64,000 nt of DNA, taken from positions 14,446,001 through 14,510,000 of the forward strand of contig OX597841.1 of the NCBI GenBank assembly GCA_951406725.2, read 5' to 3'. Under the pieces are notes generated by a model. That model saw nothing but the letters and a program-made list of their open reading frames with translations. It was not told where the DNA came from and did not search any database. Within the stretch, counting starts at the first letter, position 1. Each line of letters opens with the position of its first letter. Below, piece by piece: positions 27,284 through 40,903 of this stretch. This DNA is from Octopus vulgaris (lineage: Eukaryota). A program made the translations under genes and the position numbers.

Positions 27284-27320
27284 CCTCCTCCTCCTCCTCC
27301 TCCTCATCATCATCATCATC
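26869..27320. repeat. (ATT)n and (CAT)n arrays
   Basis: Direct inspection. Confidence 0.95.
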
Positions 27321-27595
27321 CTAATGTATGAATATGTCCGCATGTGTGTACACAACAGAAATGTCATTGTTCTTTAGCCACAGGTCAGCTCAGATCCAGC
27401 AAACGAATGACCAACGACCAAAGAGCATTTCAGCCATGACCATCCCCTCTGAATCTGCTGTTTTGCAAATTTAGCATATCCCGGATCACATGACCTAATA
27501 TGACCTTCTAAATTTAAAGCTGTAGGCTTTGGTTTTAACTAGACATAGCTGCCATTTCTAGTGAGTTAAGCAGTGTTTAAATAAATAAATAAATA

Positions 27596-28430
27596 GACGT
27601 AGGAGTGGCTGTGTGGTAAGTAACTTGCTTCCCAACTACATGGTTCCAGGTTCAGTTCCACTGCAAGACACTTTGGGCAAGTATCTTCTGCTATAGCCCC
27701 GGGCCAACCAATGCCTTGTGAGTGGATTTGGTAGATGGAAACTGAAAGAAGCCCATTGTGTATGTGTGTGTATGTATGTATGTGTGTGTGTGTCTGTGCC
27801 TGTGTTTGTCCCTGACTATTGGTTGACAACTGGTGTTACATCACTGTAACTTAGCGGTTTGGCAAAAGAGAATGACAAAAAATAAGTGCTCGGCTTATAA
27901 AGAATAAGTCCTCGGGTTGATTTCTTCGACAAAGACAATGCTCCAGCATGGGCACAATCAAATGCCTGAAACAAGTAACAGTATAAAAGCGTATATATAT
28001 GTATGTATGAATGTGTGTGTGTGTGGTAAGAAGTGTTGCTTCCCAACCACATGGTTCCAGGTTCAGTTCCACTGTGTGGCACCTTGGGCAAGTGTCTTCT
28101 ACTAAAGCCTTGGGCCAACCAAAGCCTTCTGAGTGGATTTGGTAGATGGAAACTGAAAGAAGCCCATTGTGTATGTGTGTGTATGTATGCGTGTGTGTGT
28201 CTGTGTCTGTGTTTGTCTCTGACTATTGGTTGACAACTGGTGTTACATCACTGTAACTTAGCGGTTTGGCAAAAGAGAATGACAAAAAATAAGTGCTCGG
28301 CTTATAAAGAATAAGTCCTCGGGTTGATTTCTTCGACAAAGACAATGCTCCAGCATGGGCACAATCAAATGCCTGAAACAAGTAACAGTATAAAAGCGTA
28401 TATATATGTATGTATGAATGTGTGTGTGTG
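27596..28430 (+). mobile_element. Two tandem diverged SINE-A copies (407-bp period)
   Basis: Identical 3' halves starting near 27810 and 28217. Confidence 0.88.
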
Positions 28431-28579
28431 TGTGTGCGTATATGTCGAACATGTAATTTTGCTGTGAGGCCAGTCACCTTAGAAACGGTTTCCAGGTGAC
28501 TCGACTTACATACACGTTACCATGGCGACGAAATCAATCTGTGGCGATCACGTGTGCGAAGAATGGGAGAATTTCAATC

Positions 28580-30148
28580 TGTGTGCGCGTGTGTGTGTGT
28601 ATATGTGTAATAGCTGTCACGTGTGCATGCGAAGAATGCGTGAGTATACGTATATATGTGCACGTTCGTGTGCTGTATATATATGTGTGTGTGTGTGTGT
28701 TTGTGCATGCGTGTGTGTGTGTGTATATGTGTATATGTGCATGTTCGTGTGTGTGTATATATATATGTGTGTATGTGTGTGTGTGTTTGTGCATGCGTGT
28801 GTGTATGTGTATGTGTTTATGTGCATGTTCGTGTGTGTGTATATATGTGTGTGTGTGTGTGCGTGTGTGTATGTGTGTGTGTGTGTTTGTGCATGCGTGC
28901 GTGTGTATATGTATATATGTGCATGTTCGTGTGTGTATATATATGTGTGTGTGTGTGTGTTTGTGCATGCGTGTGTGTGTGTGTGTATCTGTATATGTGC
29001 ATGTTCGTGTGTGTATATATATGTGTGTATGTGTGTGTGTGTTTGTGCATGCGTGTGTGTGTGTATGTGTATATGTGCATGTTCGTGTGTATATGTATAT
29101 ATGTGTGTGTGTCAATATGATTATGTATCTGTATGTGACGTGGTGGCTGTGTGTGCATGTGTGTGTGTGTTTGTGCATGTGTGTGTGTGTTTATATGTGT
29201 ATATGTGCATGTTCATATATGTGTATATATGTGTGTATGTTTATGTGTGCACGTTCATATATGTGTATATGTGCATGTGTATGTATATGCCTATGAGCAT
29301 ATGTGTGTATGTATGTCAATGTATGTATCTGCATGCATGTATATGTGTGTGTGTGTATATATATATGTGTGTGTTTGAATGTGCATGCATGCATGTGTGT
29401 GTGTGAATACATATATGTATGTGTGCTTGTATGTGTATGTATGTATGTGTGTATGTACGTATGTGAAGGTATGTATGCGCGTGTGTGAATATGTCTATAA
29501 ATGTGTACACGGTTGTATGTGTGTGTGTGTGTGCGCGTGTGTTTGAATGCAGCATGTGTGTATGTGCATGTATGTGTGTGTATGTGTGTATATGTGTGTG
29601 TATATATGTCAATGTGTGTATGCATGTGTGTGTATGTGTATGAATGTGTACGCATTTGTGTGTGTGTGTGCACTTGAATGCATCATGTGTGTGTGTTTGC
29701 GTGTATGCACATGAATGTATGCATGTGTGTGTATCTATGTTAATGCGTGTATGTGTGTGTGTATGTATGAATGTGTACACGTTTGTATGTGTGTGTGTTT
29801 GAATGCAGCATGTGTGTATGTGCATGTATGTGTGTGTATGAGTGTATATGTGTGTGTATGCATGTCAATGTGTGCATGCGTGTGTTTGTGTGTGTATGAA
29901 TGTGTACACATTTGTGTGTGTGTGTGTGTGTGTGTGTGTTTTGAATGCTGCGTGTTTGTGTGTATGTGCATGAATGTGTGTGTGTGTGTGTATGCATGTT
30001 AATGTGTGTATGTATATGTATGAATGTGTACACGTTTGTATGTGTGTGTGTGTGTTTGAATGCAGCATGTGTGTATGTTTGTGTGTAAGTACATGCATGC
30101 ATGTGCGTGTGTGTGTGTGTCTGTGTGTGTGTGTGTGTGTCTGTGTGT
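28580..30148. repeat. Degenerate (TG)n-rich tract
   Basis: Direct inspection. Confidence 0.95.
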
Positions 30149-31121
30149 TGAGGTTTAGCCGCATGGCAGCTGTAACCCACTAGACCCCCCACCCCCCACC
30201 ACCCTCAACACAACAAGGCTTTCTAAACATGACCTTCCTGCCTTTTGTCTCCCTCGTCTCTGCATCACGAACAGTGTTTCCGTTTCCAAAGACAGCTGGA
30301 ATCGATTCGAAGGAAACTTCGCTGCTATTTCCAGCAAAGTCGCCCGACTATGATTAGTGGTATGAGGTCTGTGTAGTACTATGCGAGATTACAACCACCA
30401 CCATCGCTACCACCACCACCACCACCACCACCACCACCAACAGTACCATAACAACTACCACCACCACCACCGCCACCAACACTACTACAACTACTACAAC
30501 CAACAACAATACCACTACCATCACCACTACCACCACCACCAGCGCTACCATCATCATCACCACCACCACCACTACCGCCAGCAGCAGCACCACCACCGCT
30601 ACCACTACCAGTACCACCACAGTCACCATCACCACCTGCACCACTGCCAACAACACCACACCACCACCACCATGACCACCACCATCACCATGACCACCAC
30701 CATGACCACCACTACCATCACCACCACCATCACCACCACCATGACCACCACCACCACCATCACCCCACCACTACCACCAGCAGCACCATCACCGCCTTCA
30801 CCACTACCACCAGCATCACCACCACCACCACCACCACCACCATCATCACCACCACCACTGCCACCGTCACTGCTACAACCACCACCATCATGACGATGAC
30901 GATGACACGTTCTCCACCTCCACCGCCACCACAGTGACCATGCACCACAGACCGTCAGGCTGCCGAAAGACTGTCCGTGCCAATTGCAGTAAATGGTGCA
31001 ATAGCCATCATGTGATCTAACGGAGGGAGAGTGGTGGTGGTCATGGTGGAGGGGGAGGCAAAGAACTCTGCATACTGCTGTCTGTGTGTGATCATCGTAA
31101 AATGAGCTAGAGTATATATAC

Positions 31122-31199
<78 letters not shown>

Positions 31200-31378
31200 G
31201 TATATATACACACACATATATATACATATATCTTGTATTTAACACTGTGACTACACATGGGTGAGTATACATGTCTCTGTCTGTGTCTCTCTGTGTCTGA
31301 ATATACATACATACATACACAGACATACATATATGCACACACACACATACGTATAATATACATATATATACATACATA

Positions 31379-31435
<57 letters not shown>

Positions 31436-31649
31436 ATGTATGTATAGGTATATGTATATATATATATTTATATATATAGATATACATACACACACGTGCA
31501 TACACACCTGCACACCTACACTCACACACACGACACACACATAATATAATATACATATGCATATACATATATATATACACATGCATACACACCCACACGC
31601 AAACACACGCACACTCACACACATAAATATATAAAATTACATACATATG

Positions 31650-31688
<39 letters not shown>

Positions 31689-31919
31689 TTATATTTAGTA
31701 CATCTGTAATTTACTGATATATTTTTAAACTGTGTGGCCTGTACTTTTGTACTATAATAACAATAATAATAATAATGATAATAATGATAATAATAATAAT
31801 AATAATGATAATAATGATAATAATAATAATAATAATCATTATCATTGTTATTATTATTATCATTAATATTATTATTATTACTATCATCATCATTATTATT
31901 ATTATTATTATTTTTATAA

Positions 31920-32280
31920 TTTACTCTTTTACTTGTTTCAGTCATTTGACTGTGGCCATGCTGGAGCACCACATTTTAGTCGGGCAAATCAACCCCAGGA
32001 CTTATTCTTTGGAAGCCTGGTACCTTATTCTATCGGTCTCTTTCGCTGAACCTCTAATTTATGGGGATGTAAACACACCAGCATCGGCTGTCAAGTGATG
32101 TTGGGGGGACAAACATAGACACACAAATATATATATCATCATCATCATTTAGCGTCCACTTTCCATGCTAACATGGGTTGGACGGTTCAACTAGGGTCTG
32201 TGAAGCCAGAAGGCTGCATCAGGCCCAGTCTGATCTGGCAGTGTTTCTACGGCTGGATGCCCTTCCTAACGCCAACCACT

Positions 32281-32320
<40 letters not shown>

Positions 32321-32422
32321 GACTGGCCTGGTGCAACCTTCGGACTCCCCAGACCCCAGTTGAACCGTCCAACCCATGCTAGCATGGAAAGCAGACGTTA
32401 AATGATGATGATGATGATGATG

Positions 32423-32453
<31 letters not shown>

Positions 32454-32620
32454 TACGACAGGCTTCTTTCAGTTTTCGTCTACCAAATCCACTCACAAGG
32501 CTTTGGTCGGCCCGAGGCTATAGTAGAACACACTTGCCCAAGATGCCACACAGTGGGACTGAACCCGGAACCATGTGGTTGGTAAACAAGCTACTTACCA
32601 CACAGCTACCCCTTCGCCTA
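31920..32620 (-). mobile_element. SINE-A carrying two RTE-tail fragments inside its (TA)n
   Basis: SINE 3' half 31920-32130, inserts 32136-32423, SINE 5' half 32455-32620. Confidence 0.85.
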
Positions 32621-33161
32621 TATATTTATTTATTTGATTATTTATGGGTATCCTTATTTTTTATTAAGGAAGCGATAAAATGCTTAGCGTTATTTCCGGC
32701 GATCATTACGTTCCGAGTTCAAATTCAGCTAAAGTCAACCTTACCTTTAATCCTTTTAGGAGTGGGGTGGTGTGTCAATGAAATAAGTACCGGTCATGTA
32801 CTAGGGTTGATGGAACTGACTAGCCCCTACCTCAAAAATGGTGGCCCTGCACCAAATTTGAAACCATTGTTGTTATAATCATTTGACTCATTATATTGAA
32901 TGTTATCGATAATATCAAATGGAAATAGGGGGCGTTGCAGTTCCACAGTGCCTATACATGAGCCACCTCTGCCTAGAGGGCTCCCCCACCGAATCAGGGG
33001 AATCCCATCACGACCCCTTTTTCTAACGTATACTGTGTATAATTTTTATTTTATCATTCCATTATATGTAACCCCCCCGCCACTTAATATGTCTGTTTTT
33101 GCCTTGTCCCCCTCCTTCTTCCCCCTTGTGGCAAATAAAGAAACCATCATCATCATCATCA

Positions 33162-33241
<80 letters not shown>

Positions 33242-33440
33242 ATATATATATATTATCATCATCGTCATCATCATTTAGCGTCCGTTTCCCATGCTAGCAT
33301 GGGTTGGACGGTTTAACTGGGGTCTGTGAAGCCGGAAGGCTTCATCAGGCCCAGTCAGATTTGGCAGTGTTTCTATGGCTGGATGCCCTTCCTAACGCCA
33401 ACCACTCCGCGAGTGTAGTGGGTGTTTTTTACGTGCCACC

Positions 33441-33492
<52 letters not shown>

Positions 33493-34470
33493 TATATGTA
33501 AAAAAATACAAACTGGGACAAGAACGCAAAACATTTAGAAGACGATACAAAAAACCCGGACAGGACATTCGAAGCCTTCAATCTTCAGTCAAGAACCGGA
33601 TCATCCTCGCAATTTCGGCTGATTAATCTTGAGATTGCTCCAATCTGGCCAGCCCCAAGGAAAAACTAAGCTACAAGCATTAGATTTCTTGGAAAAAGGA
33701 TCAAATGTATACGAAACAAGGACAGAAAAACGGACGATGCCACACGAATATAAAATACAAAAATGTATATACACATGCATATACATATATACATATATAC
33801 GCTGAGCTTCTTTCAGTTTCCGTCTACCAAATCCACTCACAAGGCTTTGGTTCGCCTGAGGATAAAGCAGAAGAGACTTGCCCAACGTGCCACATCTAAG
33901 GTGCCACACCCAAGATGCCATGCAGTGGGACTGAACCCGGAACCATATGGTTGGGAAGCAAGCATCTTACCAAACGACCACGACTGCGCCTACGGCTCTG
34001 CTGTCTTTAACATCCTGCCAAGAGAAAAGAAGCAAAAGATCTCATAACCCCAAAACAGTTCCTGAAGGAGTGCTTTCAACTAATTCCAGATAAACAACAT
34101 CTACCAGGACATGTCTTTTCTGCAAAAAATAACTCTTTACTCGAAAGAACGCCCGTAATATGAAACATCACTAAATGTCTTGTACAAACAGGGCTATGCT
34201 GAAGTGAGTCACTGCCTGGCCAATTCCGACCGAAATTTATTTACATATCGAAGCATACATATACACACATATATATGCATGTATGTATGTATGTGTGTGG
34301 GTATAGAGTGTTTGAAACAGTACACAGATAAGAAAAAGGATGCAGTTGGAAATTTGGATAATTCTTTATAAGAACTTTTCATTTGTTTAACTGAATCCTT
34401 CAAGAGAAATTAAAACCAAGATGTTGGTTTTGAATTTTCTTGAAGAGTTCTGAATGCTTCCTTTTACTTT

Positions 34471-34890
<420 letters not shown>

Positions 34891-34892
34891 GT

Positions 34893-35051
34893 AAGCACCC
34901 ACTACACACTCGGAGTGGTTGGCGTTAGGAAGGGCATCCAGCCAGATCAGCCAGATCAGATTGGATCCTGGTGCAGCCATCTGGTTTGCCAGTCCTCAGT
35001 CAAATCGTCCAACCCATGCTAGCATGGAAAGTGGACGTTAAACGATGATAA

Positions 35052-35093
<42 letters not shown>

Positions 35094-35208
35094 ACACTGC
35101 CAGATCAGACTGGGCCTGATGCAGCCTTCTGGCTTCACAGACCCCAGTTGAACAATCCAACCCATGCTAGCATGGAAAACGGACGCTAAATGATGATGAT
35201 GATGATGA

Positions 35209-35210
<2 letters not shown>
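34893..35210 (+). mobile_element. Two short RTE-tail elements ending in (GAT)n, separated by (TA)n
   Basis: GGCGTTAGGAAGGGCATCCAGC...CCAACCCATGCTAGCATGGAAA..GGACG(T/C)TAAA-(GAT)n; same family at 6632-6742, 14808-15260, 33255-33443, 51225-51420. Confidence 0.8.
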
Positions 35211-35247
<37 letters not shown>

Positions 35248-35251
35248 CATA

Positions 35252-35462
35252 TACTCCTTTACTCTTTTATTTCTTTCAGTCATTTGACTGCGGCCATCCT
35301 GGAGCACTGCCTTTAGTGGAGCAGATCGATCCCAGGACTTATTCTTTGTAAGCCTAGTACTTATTCTATTGATCTTTTTTGCCGAACCGCTAAGTTACGG
35401 GGAGGTAAACACACCAGCATCGGCTGTCAAGCGATGTTGGGGGGACAAACACAGACACACAA

Positions 35463-35507
<45 letters not shown>

Positions 35508-35673
35508 TACGATGGGCTTCTTTCAGTTTCCGTCTACCAAATCTACTCACAAGGCTTTGGTCGGCCGCAGGCTAATAGTAGAAGACACTTGCCCAAGGTG
35601 CCACGCAGTGGGACTGAATCCAGAACCATGTGGTTCGTAAGCAAGCTACTTACCACACAGCCACTCCTACGCC
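35252..35673 (-). mobile_element. SINE-A
   Basis: Consensus match. Confidence 0.92.
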
Positions 35674-35701
35674 TATATGTATACATCTATATACATACAT
35701 G

Positions 35702-35748
<47 letters not shown>

Positions 35749-35813
35749 GGTCCCGGGTTGAGTCGGGGTTAACCACAGTAAATAAGGTACTCAATACATA
35801 GCAGAGTAAATTA

Positions 35814-35935
35814 ATTTATTTTATAGAAGGAGCTTCTACAGGACTAGAACTGTTTCATTCAAAAGAAATCATCAGCTTCCTGATGATTTCTTTTGAATGA
35901 AACAGTTCTAGTCCTGTAGAAGCTCCTTCTATAAA

Positions 35936-35941
<6 letters not shown>
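35814..35941. repeat. Perfect 62-bp inverted repeat with 4-nt spacer (Penelope-like inverted LTR fragment)
   Basis: Arms 35814-35875 and 35880-35941 are exact reverse complements; spacer CTTC. Confidence 0.95.
35874..35924 (+). ncRNA. Type I hammerhead ribozyme motif
   Basis: AGCTTC-CTGATGA-T(TTC TTTT GAA)T-GAAA-CAG(TTCTAGTC)CTG-TA^GAAGCT; predicted cleavage after A35918; AATAAA follows. Confidence 0.72.
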
Positions 35942-35985
<44 letters not shown>

Positions 35986-35991
35986 ATATGT

Positions 35992-36039
<48 letters not shown>

Positions 36040-36416
36040 GTCGATAGGGGAATGCCCAGGCACTTACGTGTATCAACTGGAATGGATAAGGTTCCGTCAA
36101 GATATTCTGTGTCCTGATATTACACTCCTATATTTAGACATGTTCCGCCACAAACCTTTACATACACACACACACACACACATAATACCAGCCCCTGCCC
36201 TCGTCTCTCCACCCTCACAGATAATGGCAGTACCCCCCCCCCCCCGGCAGTCAGTTGAGGCCCAGATACTTAACAGATGAACTCTCCCCTACCCAGAGAG
36301 ACAAGTTGTGTGTGCGTGAGTGGGGGGTTTGGCGTGGGGGGGGGGGCGAGTGAGCATGAGAGTGAACTGCTGGTACACTGCAGCAAGCATTGTAGGCAGA
36401 AAATGAGGGGGGGGGG

Positions 36417-36448
<32 letters not shown>

Positions 36449-36466
36449 ATGTGCATGAGTGTGTAC

Positions 36467-36498
<32 letters not shown>

Positions 36499-36499
36499 A

Positions 36500-36630
<131 letters not shown>

Positions 36631-36664
36631 GTATGTATGTATATATATATATACATATACACAC

Positions 36665-36715
<51 letters not shown>

Positions 36716-36892
36716 TATTTATATAACTATACAGCAGATCACACGTATTTATATTATGATGTAAGCCATATGGTAGCTCGGATATGTACACATACAGACA
36801 CACACACACACAAGCACACATACGCATACACAAACCCATACAGTTATATACATACATATACATACATATACATATATATATATATCTATATA

Positions 36893-36928
<36 letters not shown>

Positions 36929-36945
36929 TGTATATATATATACAA

Positions 36946-36979
<34 letters not shown>

Positions 36980-37314
36980 TCATGTATGTGTGTGTGTGTG
37001 TGTATGTGTGAGCATATAAAGATGTGCGTAGTTAGATAACTCCGTCATCTGCACACATTTGCATATATACACACAGACACGTGGCAATGATACTATATAC
37101 GTCCTGTCTTGTCTGACGTAGTCGAGAATATTCTGTGCGTAAATACCAACGTCTGGCATTCCTTGGTGTTGCAGCGCTAGATTCAAAAATTAGATCAGGT
37201 TTTGAAATTCCCCCACATGTCTATAAGAGGTTCTGAGGAAGTTTGGCTATGGTTTTTAGCAGGTCTGGTGACGCAAAACAGATTCTCATTTCCTCAGCAT
37301 TGTTGAACCTGTTG

Positions 37315-38345
37315 GAACATCCTAACAACACTATCTCTCCCACTCACTCCACACACATTAACAACACCTCACAACACTATCCTAAGAACACCTCACCACA
37401 TTGTCCTAAGAACACCATCCTAACAACACCTCACAACACCATCCTAACAACACCTCACAACACTATCCTAAGAACACCATCCTAACAACACCTCACAACA
37501 CTATCCTAACAACACCTCACAACACTATCCTAACAACACCATCCTAACAACACCTCACAACACTATCCTAACAACACCATCCTAACAACACCTCACAACA
37601 CTATCCTAACAACACCATCCTAACAACACCTCACAACACTATCCTAACATCACCTCACAACACTATCCTAACAACACTATCCTAACAACACCATCCTAAC
37701 AACACCTCACAACACTATCCTAACATCACCTCACGACACTATCCTACATACACCTCACAACACTATCCTAACAACACCATCCTAACAACACCATCCTAAC
37801 AACACCTCACAACACTATCCTAACAACACCATCCTAACAACACCTCACAACACTATCCTAACATCACCTCACGACACTATCCTACCAACACCTCACAACA
37901 ATATCCTAACAACACCATCTTAACAACACCTCACAACACTATCCTAACAACACCATCCTAACAACACCTCACAACACTATCATAAGAACACCATCCTAAC
38001 ATCACCTCACAACACTATCCTAACAACACCTCACAACACTATCCTAACATCACCTCACGACACTATCCTACCAACACCTCACAACACTATCCTAACAACA
38101 CCTCACAACACTATCCTAAGAACACCATCCAAACAACACCTCACAACACTATCCTAACAACACCATCCAAACAACACCTCACAAAGCTACTACAACACTA
38201 TCGCCCCCACTCCCTCTACCCACGCCTACAACACCCCACAACACCTTCCTAAAAAGACTATCTCTCCCTCTCACACCACACACATCTGCAACACTCCACA
38301 AAACCTCACAACAGTACTACAACACCATCCTAACAACACTCTCCC
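37315..38345. repeat. A/C-rich minisatellite of mixed CACTATCCTAACAA and CACCTCACAA units
   Basis: About 1 kb, almost G-free on the plus strand. Confidence 0.95.
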
Positions 38346-38382
38346 ACTCACTTCACAAACATGGCGCTGATATGGTCATGAA

Positions 38383-38615
38383 GGCGGCGATTTGGCAGAA
38401 TCGTTAGCGCGCCGGGCGAAATGCTTAGCAGTATTTCGTCTGCCGTTACGTTCTGAGTTCAAATTCCGCCGAGGTCGACTTTGCCTTTCAATCTTTCGGG
38501 GTCGATTAAATAAGTACCAGTTACGCACTGGGGTCGATATAATCGACTTAATAACTATGTCTGTCCTTGTTTGTCCCCTCTGTGTTTAGCCCCTTGTGGG
38601 CAATAAAGAAATAGG
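38383..38615 (+). mobile_element. SINE-B, full length
   Basis: GGCGGCGATTTGGCAGAATCGTTAGC head; flanks TATGGTCATG / TATGTTCATG. Confidence 0.93.
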
Positions 38616-38894
38616 TATGTTCATGTGATGCAGATAGATGAGGACAGCTTTGTAAAGAACTATATGTACCCAGGCCTACCCCCCATTATTTTAGGAGTGG
38701 GTAGCCACAAGACACACACCAGACATTCCATTCATTTCCCAGCTCAAACAGGCAAGCCCTGTACTATGCTTAGGTCAAGGCATAGAATGCAACCCCTAAT
38801 ATCAGCAGCGGGGCCCACCAGCATATACTGGTTTACCCCCACTGCGTCATGCTGGTTCCGTACCCTTTTGAACAAGGGTGGAAAGGCGGCGACT

Positions 38895-39231
38895 AGATGT
38901 GTTTGAGATGAGATGTTTGAGGGCTACGGTTGGTGCGACATGGATGGACAGGATGAGGAATGAGGAGGTGTGAAGGCAAGAAGGAACGAGAGAAAAACTA
39001 ACTACCAGAATGGGTAGATGTATGTTGAGGTGGGATGGCCATATGGAGAGGATGGATGAGGAGCAGATGGTAAGGATGGTGATGAAGATTGAAATGGTAG
39101 GTAGCAGAACCAGAGGCAGACCCCGGTTTGTGTGGATGGGTGGAGTGAGGAAAGCTTTGGTGGTTCAAGTTGTTGGAGCGGGTGAGGCAAGAGAGTTTAT
39201 AAATGATAGGAAAGCTTGGAGAGTGTTGTGA
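38895..39231 (+). mobile_element. Decayed RTE-clade LINE RT C-terminal fragment
   Basis: EMRCLR...DRMRNEEV, LRWDGHMERM, GSRTRGRPRFVW, DRKAWR. Confidence 0.82.
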
Positions 39232-39569
39232 GGTGTTGTTAGGATGGTGTTCTTCGGACAGTGCTGTGAGGTGTTGTGAGGTGTTGTTAGATGAGGGGAT
39301 TTGATGCTTGATGCAAAGAAATGCTGATCACTGATTGTGAAGGGAACATGTGGAAGACAAAGAATGAAATATGTTATGGAGACAATAGCAAATACCCTTC
39401 CTTACTTGTACAACTAATTGTTCTATGGTTGAGCTGTTGTTTTCTGGCAGTTGTGGTTATCTAATCTGAAGTTAACCCTGACCCATCAGACCTCTAATCA
39501 AAGACATTCCGACCATGACTCTCCCACCATTTACCCAGTCGTCTTGTATTAAACATAACATTCTATTCA

Positions 39570-39973
39570 ATATGGAGCCAAGGCTCTGTGATTAAGTAGC
39601 TCACTCGACAACCACATGGTTCTGGGTTCAGTCCCACTGCATAGCACCTTGGGCAAATGTCTTCTATGATAGCCTTAGGCTGATCAAAGCCTTGTGAGTG
39701 AACTTGGTAGAGAAACACAATAGAATTCCATATATATATATATATGTATATATATATATGTATATATATATATGTATATATATGTTTGTATATATAGGCG
39801 CAGGAGAGGCTGTGTGGTAAGTAGCTTGCTTCCCAACCACATGGTTCTCGGTTCAATCCCACTGCGTGGCACCTTGGGCAAGTGTCTTCTATTATAGCCT
39901 CAGGCTGACCAAAGCCTTGTGAGTGGATTCGGTAGACGGAAACTGAAAGAAGCCTGTTGTATATAAATATATA

Positions 39974-40009
<36 letters not shown>

Positions 40010-40025
40010 TGTATGTATGTATGTA

Positions 40026-40069
<44 letters not shown>

Positions 40070-40618
40070 TATATGTGTCTGTGGTTGTGTCCCCCTGCCC
40101 CACAACATCACTTGACAACCAATGCTGGTGCATTTACGTCCCTGTAACTTAGCGGTTCGGCAAAAGAGTCGGATAGAATAAGTACTAGGCTTACAAAGAA
40201 TAAGTCCAGGGGTCGATTTGCTCGACTAAAGGCACTGCTCCAGACTGAAACAAGTAAAAGAAAAAAAGAATATATAAATATATATATATAGTGCATAGGG
40301 TACAAAATATGAAGGCAATTTGGCTTCTATTTCTAGCAGATGAAGACAACTTAGATGAAGTCTTCTTTACTGGCTTGGCATTGATGGTGGAGATGGTAGT
40401 GGTGATAGTAATGGTGGTAGTGGGAGGGTGTAGGCGATGGTGGATGGTGTTGCTAAAGTCGAAACATTTAATTAAATAAAGTTGCAGGTGAGAACAGGTA
40501 CATTTAACCTAATGACTCAGAGAAATTATTTAGGGACACCATCAGCACACAGAGATAGCAGTAAAGTATATTTTTTACTGATTACTGCTATCTCTGTGTG
40601 CTGATGATGTCCCTAAAT

Positions 40619-40650
<32 letters not shown>

Positions 40651-40845
40651 GTATGCATGTATATATACAGACGCAGAAGCGGCTGTGTGGTAAGTAGCTT
40701 GCTTACCAACCATATCGTACCGGGTTCAGTCCCACCGTGTGGCATCTTGGACAAGAGTCTTCTACTATAGCCTTGGGCTGACCAAGGCCTTGCGAGTGGA
40801 TTTGGTAGATGGAAACTGAAAGAAGCTTGCCATATATATATACAT

Positions 40846-40903
<58 letters not shown>

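Noticed and set aside
37315-38345. CRISPR-like or telomere-like array (contains CCTAA)
   Set aside because: No unique spacers, eukaryotic context, and CCTAA is not tandem
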